Positions 24,586 through 38,555 of a stretch of DNA of 64,000 bases are shown here, in pieces. The stretch lies in assembly GCA_964234715.1 (NCBI GenBank), contig OZ174283.1. One strand, 5' to 3'. The position numbers were made by a program, and so were the translations under genes. This DNA comes from Podarcis melisellensis. Its lineage: Eukaryota. How positions within the stretch are numbered: the first letter of the stretch is position 1; each line of letters opens with the position of its first letter. The notes below the pieces were generated by a model. It did no database searches. It saw only the letters and a list, made by a program, of their open reading frames with translations, and had not been told where the DNA came from.

Positions 24586-26522
24586 TCACATAGAATAATA
24601 TGTGATTCAGTATGATACAGCATGCTCATGGCTTGCATAATACCTAGTATTGAAATCTACAATATACAAGCTCTTCATGAGCCAAAACTGCCTACAATCC
24701 TCTCTCTCTCTCTCAGTTTCACTTGCTTACTCTTCTGGCCTCTTAAGGACAAGAAGGAGAGGGGGAGTTCCCAGAACACTTCCAGATGAAATCATTCATT
24801 TTATAAGATGTGTCTATTCTGCCCACGTACTCCCTTTTGTTTTATGCCACATTCTCTCTCAACTCTGTGCCAAGCAATCTGTCGCTACTACGGCTACAAT
24901 AAAGTTACTTAAAAACTTCATGGTGGGTAATAAGATCAGTAGCTGCTTTAACTGCAAGCTATGGCATTGATCTAGAATGAAAATGTATGAAACTGCTACA
25001 GCTGCAGAGCAAGAAATCAAATGTGAATTGGAAACAAAGTTGTTGTTTTTAAGATAGTCAAGAATGATGTATGAGAAGTTTGGGCAGATTTTGAAGGTGG
25101 GTGAAAACCTGTGGCAGCAGAGGTCTAGGGTAGCTTTTTTAAAATACATTTTTACAATAAAATGTAATCGTTTTGGTTTTTCACCCAACCTTTACTGGAG
25201 AGGTGAAAACTGTATCATTATATTTAATTGGCTACCTGCAGTTCATTAGTAGAAGCTTCATTAAATAATATTGGAACATTTGTAGTAGCTAATCTTCTAA
25301 ACACTTAGCATTCACACTGACCCCACAAAGGTCATGATTTGGTTCAGCAGAGTTGCCCATTCACCAAGAAGACTGGCAGAGCAAAGTAATCTTGGTGTGT
25401 CACTTTTCATTAATCACACTACTTTCCTGTTCATGAAATGCCAGCTGATAATTGTTACTAAATGCGATTTGCAACACCCTGGGCTGTGGTTGAAGGGCCA
25501 GAAATAGGCAAACAGATAAAAACATTGTTTAGCTTGCAGGCAGCAAGTGTTTGCTATTCAAAGGTACATCATGCATAAACATTGATTTAGCCATGAGCTG
25601 ACACTTATAAAGCTTTTGCTGTTTCCAGAAAGCCCTGTGGTCAGGCTAAATAATAGCCAAGGGCAAGTGGTGTTACCTGCCTAGTAAGGTTGCATCCTAT
25701 ATAAATTGCTTGATATTGAAATCTATTAGTTCTTATGATAACGGTAAATAGCATCACTGCTATAAGGCAGCACAAAGTGCATCTTATAAAACAGTTGCAT
25801 TTGCACTCAGAAATTTGTTTTCAAGTAGTTTAAGTTTACTTTGGATAAATATTGCATGAAGAATGTGCTTTGCCAATTTTTGTGGAGGATTTAAACAATA
25901 ACAAAAAAAAGATGTTTTGCAGTTTTTCAAACAGAATTTGTATTGAGAGAAAGTCACATACTATTCCAATATGAGAAGCATTCCATAGTAACTCTATGAT
26001 AATACTTTCTATCTGACATGGGATCCAAATATAACTGTATTTCTAAGCTTACTGTGTGTGTTTCTTTCTAGCTGGAGTAGGGGATGGGAGGGTGGCAGTA
26101 TCTGATAGATAATGTATCTAAACACTGCAGCTCTGCCTTTGTGCCTAACCAAGTGCTGCCACATCCTTGTACGATAAATAAAGGAACCCTATTATACGTA
26201 ATAGCCTGACTGACTCCAGCTACAAAAGCTGAAGAGGCAACTTCTGTTCTGTAGTGTCCTGTTTGGATTTTATGCACTGCATACTAGTCAGACTACCAGA
26301 ATTATGTTCTCTTTTAGATGGGAATTTGGTCACAATTCTTCTATTACCTGTGCCAAGTTCCCATCTAAAGGAGAGTATTGGTAATTAACATGTTCTCGTG
26401 ATACTAAGTATATAGCATACAATACTATCTCTCCATCTCATATCCTATTTGGCAAATGTATATTTTTTGTTAAATATTACAAGTGGGTGTTTCAGACAAG
26501 TCCTCACAAGCTCACCCACCAC

Positions 26523-26660
26523 CATAAGAACATACTAAGAATCCTTCTGGATCATATCAAAGGTCCATGACGTCCAGTTTCCCACAGTGGCCAACTAGAT
26601 GTGTCCAGGAAGCTCACAATATATCTCTTCCAAACTGGTTTTCCAGTTGTTGTTTCCAAG
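26523..26660 (-). mobile_element. Old CR1-type 3' end fragment
   Basis: CATAAGAACAT...CTGGATCATATCAAAGGTCCAT...CCCACAGTGGCCAAC resembles the reverse of reptile CR1 3' termini. Confidence 0.6.
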
Positions 26661-29600
26661 GCACTTAATAGATGAAGAGAGAGTCCTCCCTTTTACTTTC
26701 CATCATCCATTCATTTCTACCCCATCTAGTAGTGTCTTGAATGGTGGGGCAGAGTTGCAGAGCTAACCTTCCAAGAGCAACACCACTGCAGCTTACCTGA
26801 ACAGAACTGGGGCGGGGTGAGGCTGAGATGAGATGAGGTCAAGTCTGCACAGATTGGCTCCCCCAGTATGCCTGCATAGCCCTGACTTCATAGCTACACT
26901 GCCTCTCCCAAGCCCTATGCAAGTAAGCTGCAACAATACCAGTGCCAGGAGGTGACACCCCAACCCCCACAGGCCACTACTGTTCACATCTTTAGCCATA
27001 TATTTGCCCGTCATGGCAGCTTAACCATTTCATACTTGCACACACAGAGATACTACATGATAACATCTACCATCATGGCTTGGTTTAATGTTTATATCCC
27101 AGACGTGAAACTGTTTATGAAAAGTAGAATCGGGGCCTTTCCTTCAGCTATGAACCTTTTAAGAAGCTGCAGTATGTCTAATAAGGCAAATATTCAAAAC
27201 ACTCTGATAGAAGGAGTGTTTGGTGCAAATACTTTACATTTTATGAGGCTGAATGGGGAAACAAATGGGGAATGGAGCTCATTAGAGATTTAGAGTAAGA
27301 AGAATATCTAAAAGGAAACTTACATATTTAACTACTGTATAAAGCTAATACTGTATTGGTTTATGGTCAACCTGGATATATTATTTATTTCTATTCTTTA
27401 TTGACATCCATTAGTTACTCCCTTGTGGATTTGCTTCACCCCCCTCATAAATTAGAAGATCTCCAACCACCTTTGTGAAATAAATTATGTATTCCCATTC
27501 TGGGCAGTGGCTAGAGTCTATTAGTCTAAGATCTCACCACTGCTATTACACCAAAAATGGCTATACTACTGTACCAAGTACAAGAAATGCTCTAATTAAA
27601 GCACTGTAAATAAAAGAACTGAACATCTATATTCCATTTTGCTCTTAACATTCTTGTAGGCCTATGGTGATTTAGGAAGCCTTCCTTGTAATAATCATGT
27701 ATATTTTATTCATTTGCTGCTTTGCAGAAAAGCAACTGTAAAATATGTAAAGCCAGATTGTATAAGCATTAGAATGATAACAAAAATATCCTTCTCAGCA
27801 GCTGATATAATTCCACGTAAAACTCCACCCACCCCCCAACAAAAGCTATTATGTTCCATTGGGGGTGTTGGATTATTCACACGTGTTCTTCCTAACTTTG
27901 GTGGATAAACAGACTCAGAGAGCATACCAGCATGTTAGCTATTCTTGATACTGAGTCTTAGAGCTTTGATTTGATTCTGATCCCTCACCACACATTATGT
28001 GTTCAGGGATGTGTACATTTGAATTTTGGAGGTTGCCTGCTGACTTCTAAGTAAATAGGAATTTATGCAGGCAACAGCTTTCTTATAATTATTCCATTGT
28101 AAGGTATCTTACTGTATCATACCTTCGGAGCACACTGAGTGATTCTAGCGTGCAGGTTTGTGTGCAAAGTTATCAGCATTTATGCATAGTTGAGCACTTG
28201 TTTTTTTGGACAGGAACAGGTTTTACACTGAGATTGTGTGACAGTCAAGGCAACTGCAGTGCATTTCAGTTATATGCAATAGCCTTTTCTTTATTAATCA
28301 AATGGGCTGTTTCACTCTGCAGTACCAAACTGCCCCCACACCGAGGGATGAAATTTCCCCTAATATGCACTTTATCCTAGTATATGCATTTTAATGTAGA
28401 ATTTTGAGCATTAATAAACCTTAACACTTTAAACAAACTGGTGGACTATAGTCAATCATCATTATCAGAATGTGTAGAACCCACTATCAGCATCACTCTA
28501 TTATGACAAAGGTGATTACATTAATCCCATCAAGCAACAACAAAAGTCAGTCCAAAAATGAAGGTGAAAATCCAGTAGCCTCCTGGTGCAGACTTCCTTG
28601 TTAAAATCAGAATGATGGCCCACCAGGTTTTTGCAAATTTGTCAGTTTATGTTACATACACAACCATGGCATAGCCTGTTTTCTGTGACAGTTTCTCCAG
28701 CACTGCTAATTGTTGTACCTTCTCCCCACCATCCCTCCATAGTAAATGAAGATGTGTGTCTTCAGTGATCGCTTATTTTGAGTTTTGCAGCAGTCAGATG
28801 GAAGAGTATTAAATTCTTATGGGACACTTGTATCATACATTTCTGGAGCATCCACAACAAAGCCAACAGTGGGTCCTGTGGTAGAAGTTGCAGGACAGTG
28901 GCTGAAATTTCCTGAAATGCTGACATGATCACACATAACCACCATGTGTGATTATAAGAGCCTATCATACCACATCCCCACCAACACTTGATAGGCAAAG
29001 CCCCATTTATTCAACCTAGTGTTCAGTACCAGTGAAGTACTATCAGCATGGATTCTTGAACTTTTGCAGAAATAGATCAGATCAGGTGTTTCCTACTTAA
29101 TGCCTTCAAAGCTGATTTCTCTATATCCATACCAAGGTCACTCTAGCATATGGATTTATGTCCACATTACTTGGCTTGAGATATACATCACAAAAATTGG
29201 AGAAGTGTGAATTTAAAGGATGATTGTCCTTCAAGTTTCACACTGTTTCATAAAGTGTGAATTAGGTAAATTAATCTGTAAATATTAATTGAATCAAATC
29301 TTTATTCCATCCCTAACCACTCTCTCTAATACTTCCTGCTGTATTCTGGATGAATTCTAGATAGTAGAAATCTTCTATTCATGTTGATTGTTGGCCCTAC
29401 TACTAGGCAGAATGAGGTGACTGCCTCAGATGACACATTGTGGTGGGCATCTTTCTGAGTCCATTGGCTATACCCTTCTAATGGAGGAGAAAGCTGGGTA
29501 TGGCATGTGATCTGTGATCTGTGCTCTCAGATGCAGTGGAATCCCACTGCCAGTATTGAAGTAAGATTCAACTGCCTGCTTGGCTTCTGTACATGGACTG

Positions 29601-29896
29601 CAGGGGGAAATCTCGTCCCTCACCTTAGGCAGGAAAATGTTCATTTATATAATTACAGAAAGGGTCTCTGCAGCATAGTTGTAGAGCCCAGAGACAATAA
29701 GTCTAATATGGATGTAAGCAGGACATTTAGGAGGTGGCAGCTTGGAAGAACCTAGTGACTATGTTGAGCAGTTATTTCAGCCAAACTCATATGGAAACGC
29801 TGTTTATATCAATTGGCACTATTACATATAATATGGCTGTCACCATTTCTATAGTGGTGACAACACTTTTTTCTTTGCTCCCATTTTGTGCACAAT

Positions 29897-29959
29897 TAGC
29901 TGCACAAAATCTAGAGCACATTGTAGTAGCTGCACAAAATCTAGAGCACATTGTAGTAG
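29897..29959. repeat. Perfect 30-bp tandem duplication
   Basis: TAGCTGCACAAAATCTAGAGCACATTGTAG x2, plus TAG. Confidence 0.95.
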
Positions 29960-30319
29960 TCCAGATGGAAGGTCACTAGAGCATGGGTAACTGAGGCCAA
30001 ATTATCTCTGGCCCAGAAACAGCTATACCTGGCAACCCAGCTTAAGCTGTATATAGGAACTTCTGGCCACAGAAGCCACTTTGAACTGCAGTAATAGGTT
30101 AGAATCCAAGAGCTTCCCTGACTATTCCTTTAAGGAGACTGCAATTGCTGCCAGAACAGGTAATCCATCTAATTCCCCGCCATGCAAACTTCCCTCTCAC
30201 AGCAATTATGTCTTTTCAGATTCAGATTCAGTTTATGGACTCCCATCCAATGCATAATTCTTTCCAGGTACTGGTTCTATACCTTCAGAGCCTCTCCTGA
30301 TTCAAAACGACTGAAGACA

Positions 30320-30690
30320 TAGAGCTGCATGTCATCAGCATTCTGATGACACTGTGCTCCAAATCTCTGAATGGCAGCACCCAACTGTTTCATATAGATG
30401 TTGAATAGTATTAGACAAAATGGACTCCTGTGGAACCCCACAGTTTGAAGCTATAGGGCTGATCAGGAGTCCCCTAGTGCTAATTTCTGGTAATGACCCT
30501 TCAGGTAGGAGGAAAACCACTGCAATACAATGCCTCCAACACACATCCAGAAGGGACAGCATGATCAATGATGTTGAAAGGCACTGAAATACAGTATCAA
30601 CGAGCACCAACAGGGTGGTTCCACACCATTCAGGAAACCTTGGATGGAAAATATCCAAACATCAAACTGGCCTGAGGTTTTATCAGTATT
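30320..30690 (-). mobile_element. L2 LINE reverse transcriptase fragment
   Basis: Minus-strand translation CGVPQESILS..., then after a frameshift FNIYMKQLGAAIQRFGAQCHQNADDMQL (degenerate PQG and YADD motifs). Confidence 0.8.
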
Positions 30691-30762
30691 TTAGTGAAGC
30701 TTTGGGTGAAGTACAAAGCAAATTAAGAAGACCATAAAAATAATATAACAGCAAACATGCCT

Positions 30763-30819
30763 GCTTATGCCAAGAACAAACTTAGTTGGTCTCTAAGGTG
30801 CTACTGGACAATTTTTTTT
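30763..30819 (+). mobile_element. Penelope-type pLTR fragment lacking the ribozyme core
   Basis: GCTTATGCCAAGAACAAACTTAGTTGGTCTCTAAGGTGCTACTGGAC is nearly identical to 63664-63710. Confidence 0.8.
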
Positions 30820-33336
30820 ATATATATATATTATGCCAGGTATAGTTTCATTGTTAGTTTTTCCTACATACATTTGCATGTTCCATTTTGTGTGGGCAAT
30901 TTGTTTCAAAGGTCAGATAAAATCACCTCTAGCAATTCTCACAGATGGCAGGTTAAGACTACATTTTGTGCTGACAGTCAGCTCAATTTACTTATTTCAT
31001 AGATAGCAGCTCTTTTAAACACACACACATACACATTCTCCCTGTAAGTAAAATTTGCTGGCAGTTGGCAACCACACTTTCATCCTTCATATCTGGCAGG
31101 CTCCTTAGTGACTCCATGTATTAATGTTTCACATCATTAAAAAAAAAAAGTGTAGACATCTGAGATTACTACAGTACTCTATAATTCTGAAGTGCCTCTG
31201 TATAGGACACTTTGAAGTTTCTGGTTTGGGGATCACAATCAAAATTGCAGTAGAAGCCCTCCAGAGTAGTACCTACAAAATGGAGGTTGTGGGTCCTTCA
31301 TACCTTGTGCCAGTGGCAACTGCAGTATGGTGAGGGTGTGCAGCACATGCCGCACATATTAGTCTTAAAAGTATAAAAACTTTTGGCCAGATTTAAGAAG
31401 CAGCAGAATTTGTCCCTCTGCTTTGACAAAGACAAGATTTTTGACAGTGTTTCCTTCCTCTGAAGTTATGGGTGCGGGAGTGTGTGTGGCTTACACCACT
31501 AAGAACAATGGTGTGCATCAGGTTCCACAAGATACAAAGAGTTGCCACAAGGAAAGACACTATAACCCAGAAATGTATCATTTGGCACTTAAAATGTTAT
31601 ATAGTTCTTTTGCCTTTTTTTTTTTTTAAAAGAAGTTTCCTATATTTATATCAGGACTAGGACAATACTGAATATTCTTTAGTAGGTAAGTGCTGCATGT
31701 GGCATAAAAATAAGCCTATTTTATTACACGCTGGAATAGTGTTCCACAGAAGGTCATAGTCCTGCATTTTTATTTTAATAAAATAAATTCTCCAGTTCCT
31801 TTAACTTCTGCACTTCTCTCCCGTCTCCACTTGAAAAATCCTATCTCCCTCAGAGCACGCTCGGGAGGAGTAAACTCCTCTGCTCATATAACAATATGAG
31901 CAATGTCCTTTCTCATTGTAACAATTATAACCTCATACAAGGTGAAGAATTCTAATGCATTACAGTTTATCACAAGGGACATCAAGCAATGTGTTCCTGT
32001 TAGGATGTCAGCAAATTAGCCGTGCGCATTCCACTTGAATAGTGACGCCCCGTCACGGGATATAAATATGAAATAAAAATAAATGCCAAATGCACTGAAA
32101 TCTTATCAAGCTCAGGCAAGTATTCTAATTGTGAGAGAAAAAAGAGCCGCTGTAACAAGGGCCCTTGGTGCCTGCAGGCAAGTCTTTGATAATTGTACCT
32201 TTCCATCTTGTAGCTATCTTCACTGAATACCTGTGTAGTCTTTTCAGTTTAACTTAAAAGACCTTTAATAATTAAAAAAGACCAGAGCAGTGCTACCTTA
32301 TTTAGTGTTACAGGGTAGAATCTGTCCCAGTGAATGGTAATCTTTAGTTCCTCTAAAATAAAAAAAGGAAAGGAAAAGGTTCATTGGCAATAGCTGAATA
32401 CCGGCATTGTTGATCTTGTGAAAAGATGTCTGCTTTACGAGGGATTTTTATTCTGGTGGAAAAAATTGAGAACAAAATCATTGCTTCTCCCCACAAACCA
32501 ACCATTTGTTGGGCGCAGGAAGAGGAGCACAGTTAATTCAAGCATTCTTTCATATCCACATGTAAGAGAGGGCTTAAATAAATGATGGTAAAGAAAGCTT
32601 GTTATTTATGTTGGCTCTGCTAATATAAAAATTGACTGGTAAAATCTTAATAAGGCTATCTGTAAAGTCTTAAGAAAACTAGTGAATTTTAGTTCCAGGC
32701 TGATAGCTTCATGCACTCTCTAAATAAGGTTCAGAACTGGCAAGGCAGGAATAAGTGAGTTGCTGAAAGCAGAAACCTTACTAAAGAAGTCGTGCAAATA
32801 GGACTAAATATTTCCCAGGATGACAGGGACATTCATCAGAATATTCAGAATTTCCAGAATTTTCATTTATTTACAATATTTGTAAAGCTCAAAGCAATTT
32901 GCTGTAAGATATTAATGTTTCTTCTTATACCTACCACAGTAGCAAAACCTTCTGGAACTATCCTGCATAAACCCTGCCCCAGGGGAAAGTAGAGTGAGCC
33001 ATCCCATAGTGGGAAAGTGCTGTGAACGTTGTTTCCCCTGCACCAGGGGTCACCAATCAATGGTCTCTCTCTAAAAATGAGGCATGCACACCAGTAATGC
33101 AATTCTAGTGCAGATTGAAATCTTACTTGTTTATAATATATTTTGCTGGCTACTGATGCAAGCTGTGTGGAGATTTTAAGCATTTGTTTAACTGTCTGCC
33201 TGATCATTGTTTTACTGGGGTTTTTGTGGGGTCTGTTTTACTGGGTTAATGTAGATTTTTTTTGTATTTGTACTGTATTTTATGAGATTGTTGTACATAG
33301 TTTTGAAATGCCTGCATAACAGACAGCATATAAATA

Positions 33337-33501
33337 CAGTGGTTCCTCGGGTACCACTTTAACTAATGGGGCCTCCTGCTGCCGCCGCGCTGCTGCTGCG
33401 CGATTTCTGTTCTCATCCTGAAGCAAAGTTCTTAACCCAAGGTACTATTTCTGGGTTAGCGAATCTGTAACCTGAAGCGTCTGTAACCTGAGGTACCACT
33501 G
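33337..33501 (-). mobile_element. Tc1/mariner-type MITE with internal deletion
   Basis: TA-CAGTGGTTCCTCGGG ... CCTGAGGTACCACTG-TA; homologous to 21445-21670 in reverse. Confidence 0.9.
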
Positions 33502-34511
33502 TATTTTAATAAACCCCTGCTTGAGGAAAGGGTTCTGTAGTGGCTATTTAATTATTATTTTAGTTGCATTGATTGCTTTCATGTAATTAATGTAATTTTT
33601 TTAAAAAATTACCTGTACAGTGGGAGGATTGATAGGATGATCAAACAGAGAGAGCAGATCTCCTTTAATTTTAATAGCAAGGATAAAATGTTTACTTTAG
33701 CAGAACTACTTATTCCAACAAAGAACGGTAAAGGCGTTCTGTCCTACTTGCATCTGGACATACATGTAAAATGCCCAGTTCCATTTGAAGAAAGCACCTT
33801 ACTGATGTGGTAAAAATGGATGCACAAGCCTTAAATATTAAGTTTATTTTTTCGCATAACCTTTGCCTGCCTCTAAAACTATTTTGCTAATTTAAGAAAA
33901 GCAGTTGAAATGAGTCAGAACATGCAGGAGTGTCATTAATGTCATCGCCAATTACTAACTTTTCAGCTTGCATTATTTACTCTCCTGCTTGCTAATTCAT
34001 TACAAGCTGTAAAATAAATCACTAAGCCTTTTATTCTGCAGCACAGAAAAATGTATTGGTGATAACATTTAGCATTTGTAGCTGAATTATACAAAGTAAT
34101 GCTGAGAGCATGTCAAATTGGTACACACAGGGCTTGTTAATGTTTGAGTAGCTTCGCAATTTGGTCAATATTTCACTTGTTTTGAAGGTTGTTGATGCAT
34201 GTTTTATTTAAGTTTTATGCAATGTAAAAAGATCCTACATTTGCAGTTTGAACAGTTGCTTAGAAGAAAAAAGAGACTATCTGTGATGGCATTAAAAACT
34301 AGAGTCCAGTGTTCTCTTTAGTGTTTGGTGTGGTAATGGCTTATGGATTAAAGAACAATATTAGCAAAGAGGATATTTTTTCTATTTTTTCAATTGTTCC
34401 TTTATTTAAAGTTCTCAGTATTATTATTGCATTGATTTGGTACAAAACTTGAATCAGATGGAAATGATCACAGTACTAATGAAAATTCATTTTGTGTATT
34501 AGTATTGTTCT

Positions 34512-34530
34512 CTCACCAGATGGTGCTGTT
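34512..34530 (+). promoter_or_regulatory. CTCF-like motif
   Basis: CTCACCAGATGGTGCTG approximates CCASYAGRKGGCRS; motif match only. Confidence 0.3.
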
Positions 34531-35832
34531 CACACAGATCATGTTCTCACAGAATATAAGCTTGTGTGTTCACACCCTTTTATCATGGGCATGATGGTAA
34601 CCTCATGGGTCTTGTGACCAAAACTCCATCTCCTTCAGAGCATGGATTTTTAACTGATTCAGAGCATTCCAAAAGTCCCAAGTTTTAAGTCTTGCAGATT
34701 CTGAGAGGTAACATGTTGGTGGTCATATTATGTTAGTTAGCCAAGACTTACCCCCATATTCCTTGGAATTCCAGGGTCAAAATCACCAACTTTCAGAAAC
34801 ATTGTGTAATTCTCTAGTGTTTGAAAAGAAGTAGTGACCTCACAATCCTATAAATATGCACTCAGTATGTCCCACTGAGGGGACATGTTGGCCTACTTCA
34901 AGGAAAGTGGGTATAGGAATTGCAGCCTAAGTTCTTTCAGTGTCTTTTTTAACAGAACAGTTGTAATGGCAGCTTGTTCTCTAATTAGATTTTATTGTGA
35001 AGAATTTTGAGAAAGAGAATTGCACAATTTGATTCTCAGTTTTAAACTGAGAAAATCTTATGTTTTGTAAAATATTGTTGATATAGGAGGCACCATATAA
35101 TCAAGACACTATAAAATAGTAATACAGTCATAATATAATTGTTTTATTCATATGTGTGCTTAGATTAATGTGGTTCCTGCACGTTAAATCAGACTTTTTA
35201 CTACTGCTATAGCTACACCAGTCTAATATTATTTGCACCACAAGCACTCTTACACCACTTTCAAGAGTTACTACTTCCACTGAAGAATCCTGGAAACCGT
35301 AGTTTGTGAAGGGTGCTGACCTCATAGAGCTAGAATTTCCAGGACCCTTTACAAAATATAATTCCCAGTTCTCCATGACTGTTCAAATGTTTTAAGAGTG
35401 CTATAAATGTATGATGTAGGGATGACCTAGCCACCATCAGTATTCTTTGGTCCAGGTTCAGCACAATTCAGTGTTAGAAATTCTGATTTATGTGGTTTGT
35501 ATTTTATATGTATTATTTATTTAAACATACATGACGAAAACTGAATTCCTTTAGCTTATTTGCTTTGCTTATTGCTGTAGATTTTCCCTAGGAAATTGTG
35601 TTGAGCCAGATTACCTGTAACAAAAGATCAGTTATATGCCTTTTTTTTTTTTTAGGTGGATCAAAAGCTAGCAATCATATAGCAGATTCCTTCTATGCCA
35701 GGTGTTCACTTTGTGGTGCCTTTGTCAACCCATGGTGTAAAGCTCCCCTGCCCTGTTAGTAGAGGCCAGCATAAGATATGTTCATCACTTGTTTAGGGTC
35801 TAGTCTATTGAATGACTCTGATTTCTCTAACA

Positions 35833-35968
35833 CAGGCATAGGCAAACTTGGCCCTCCAGATGTTTTGGGACTGCAACTCCCATCATCCCTAGCTAACAGG
35901 ACCAGTGGTCAGGGATGATGGTAGTTGTAGTTCCAAAATATCTGGAGGACCAAGTTTGCCTATGCCTG
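35833..35968. mobile_element. hAT (Charlie/Buster-type) MITE, 136 bp
   Basis: TIR CAGGCATAGGCAAACTTGG/CCAAGTTTGCCTATGCCTG; TSD CTCTAACA at 35825-35832 and 35969-35976. Confidence 0.95.
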
Positions 35969-36022
35969 CTCTAACAAATAATGGTAATGTAATCGAGAAG
36001 CTTACCACTATTCCTCCATAAC

Positions 36023-36105
36023 ATGCCATCCTAAATAGCATACAAGTATCTTGAGTAAATAGTAACTATTTACTCAAGATACTTGTATGCTATTTAGGAT
36101 GGCAT
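36023..36105. repeat. Perfect palindrome, 41-bp arms with a 1-nt centre
   Basis: 36023-36063 is the exact reverse complement of 36065-36105. Confidence 0.97.
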
Positions 36106-36117
36106 AGTTAGGTTCAT

Positions 36118-36322
36118 TTTGCGGATTTTCTGTTGCGAACGCGGCAAACCCCGAAGTGTATACTCCCGGGTTTCTCCACACACGCAGAAGCATTCTTCGT
36201 GCATGCGCAGGAGTGCTCTATTACGTCACGCGCACACACGGAGGTGGCGCTCTACTTATGGACTTTTCAGGATGCGAATGGCGCCCCGGAATGGATTGCG
36301 TCTGTAAGTAGAGGTACCACTG
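36118..36322. mobile_element. Tc1/mariner-type MITE lacking its left TIR
   Basis: CpG-rich body similar to 6724-6924; ends GAGGTACCACTG-TA. Confidence 0.82.
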
Positions 36323-38188
36323 TATAGGGAAGTGGGAACACCTCTTAACTCATGTGTTGCAGTTGAATAGGATTAGTCAGAATCTTGGAATGGACCCAAT
36401 TATGCCAGGCTTTGGGGCTCTTTTCCCCAAAAGTAGATCACTAGCTAATAACGGATTTATTTTAAAATAGCAATCAACCATGTCAGAATGAACTTTTTTG
36501 ATGCATAATATTGGCAAGGGGCAGCCCACTGCTCCAAGTTCTTGGCAGATGCAAGCATCTTTCACTTCAGTGGAACAGACGTCAGTGAAGTATCTTTACA
36601 AGTGAAGCCAAGTGGAATTTAGAATGTCGTTTTTACTTATTTTTTCTATTACAATATGAATGATTTGCAAACTGTAGATCTCTCTTTTTGTTTGGATTGA
36701 CACTCATTACCTGGGTTAAATATACATTTCATAAGCATTGGGGAAACAGTGCAATATTCCTTCCTATTCAAAACTTTATGAGAAAAGGCCAGTTTTTAAC
36801 CAGAGGGGAATTCCTTGAAGATAAATATTAATTTATGTGAGAAACAGCTGTAAGTTTTGATGCCCAGTGATCAAAACTAGTGGGTGTCCCTACTTAATCT
36901 GTTCCAGATAGTTTGTTACAGAAGCCAGAGAAGGAAATAGTGTGAAAGCGACATGAAAAGAAGTAGCCTTGACCTCAGAATACATATTTTCTGGTCACAT
37001 TGCTAATTTGCAACAGTGATCACAGCTATATGATCCCCAGACATGACTCAGAGCTCTGGTAGTCTCTGATTCAGAACTGAGGTGCCAAATTGAGAAGATT
37101 CAGACTTCTCCAACTGTAAAAACTATGCATGCTCTGTTTCAGTAGCTTAAAAGATTTAAAGACTGATACCTGTTTGCCTTTTATCTATCTGATCAAAAAG
37201 AATTTCCATGCATAGGTTTAGAAACTGAAAGGACACTCTAGAAATGAATTAAAATCTTCAGATATGGCAATCAGGAGGTTTGGTGAAGCTTGGGGGGAAA
37301 AAACAAAAAACCCCTATTAATTATGCTGCAATAATCGGGATTGCTCCACATAACTGCTCTCCCTATGATCTTCCACTTCATGGTGAACAAGGCTCATGAC
37401 AAATTAATTTTCTGAATAATTCACCATGAACACCAGGTGCCATTTTGATTAAAGCTATGTTCTTTCTACATGGAGTATGTATTGTGGACAGCAAAAGTTT
37501 GACTTGTACAACACAGTGAAGGATTCAGGTGCTCATTCACCACAGGTGATAGGGGAGGGGATAAATTGTTCAGCTTTCTGTTTTCAGAGTTATATGCAGG
37601 AAATAGGCAATGGTTTGTGGGTTAATAATGTTGAACTTGCCCTGTCAAGTTTACCGCTGAGCTTGTAAATCCACCCCCCCCAAAGAAACCCTATTGATTC
37701 TGACATGTCCTTAAAAGAGAAAATAAAAGATTTGTCATAATGTTGGTATATATTGTTTGGAGAAGAGGAATTTCAACTATTACTGTGTAATGATTGCACA
37801 GTCCCTTTTTGCACGTTCTTTCAAATTAGGCTATGAAAAATATAGATAGTTCATTGAGTTACATTCCTGTAAAGAACCATAAAATGTTAGTTACCCATTG
37901 ATACCAAACTGTTCAAATTCACATATCAATGTTCTTACCACTTAAAAGATGCCAAGGCACACTTCAGTAAATAACCATTTTATTAGTAAATCATTTTAAC
38001 AGTGAGTATGAGAAAAATCAAAATGGATTATTGTGATTTCAGAACAGCTACCTTATATATCAGTCTTGAAAAAGTTGTAGTTTGGCATAGAAAGCCGTGG
38101 ATAAAGATCCAATGTTATATTTCTATCAGTGGCAGAGTCTGGGCTTGGTTGTAGTTTTGCTGCATCTGCAGACAAACAAAAAGGGTGT

Positions 38189-38555
38189 AATAGAATCAGA
38201 ATTGTGGGGTTGGAAGGGAGCCCAAGGTGCAATCTCAACTAAATTATCCAGGACAGATGACCATCCAACCTCTGCTTTAAGAAACCTTCAGTGAAGGAGA
38301 GTCCACCACCTCCCAAGGTAGCTAATTCTTCTGTCAAACAGCTCTTACCATCAATAAGTTCTTCCTGATGTTTAGTCAGAGTCCCTTTTCTTGTAACCTG
38401 AAGTCTACACTCTGAAATAGGAGAAAACAAGCTTTTTCCATCTTCCATGTGACAGACCTTTAGATATTTGAAGATGGCTATCATATCTCCTATTGGTCTT
38501 CTCTTTTCTAGGCTAAACATACTCAACTCCCTCAACCATTCTTCAGAAGACTTGA
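38189..38555 (-). mobile_element. CR1 LINE 3' fragment
   Basis: RELSMFSLEKRRPIGDMIAIFKYLKVCHMEDG is the CR1 ORF2 C-terminus; CR1 tail ..CCTTCCAACCCC..ATTCTGATTCTAT. Confidence 0.9.
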
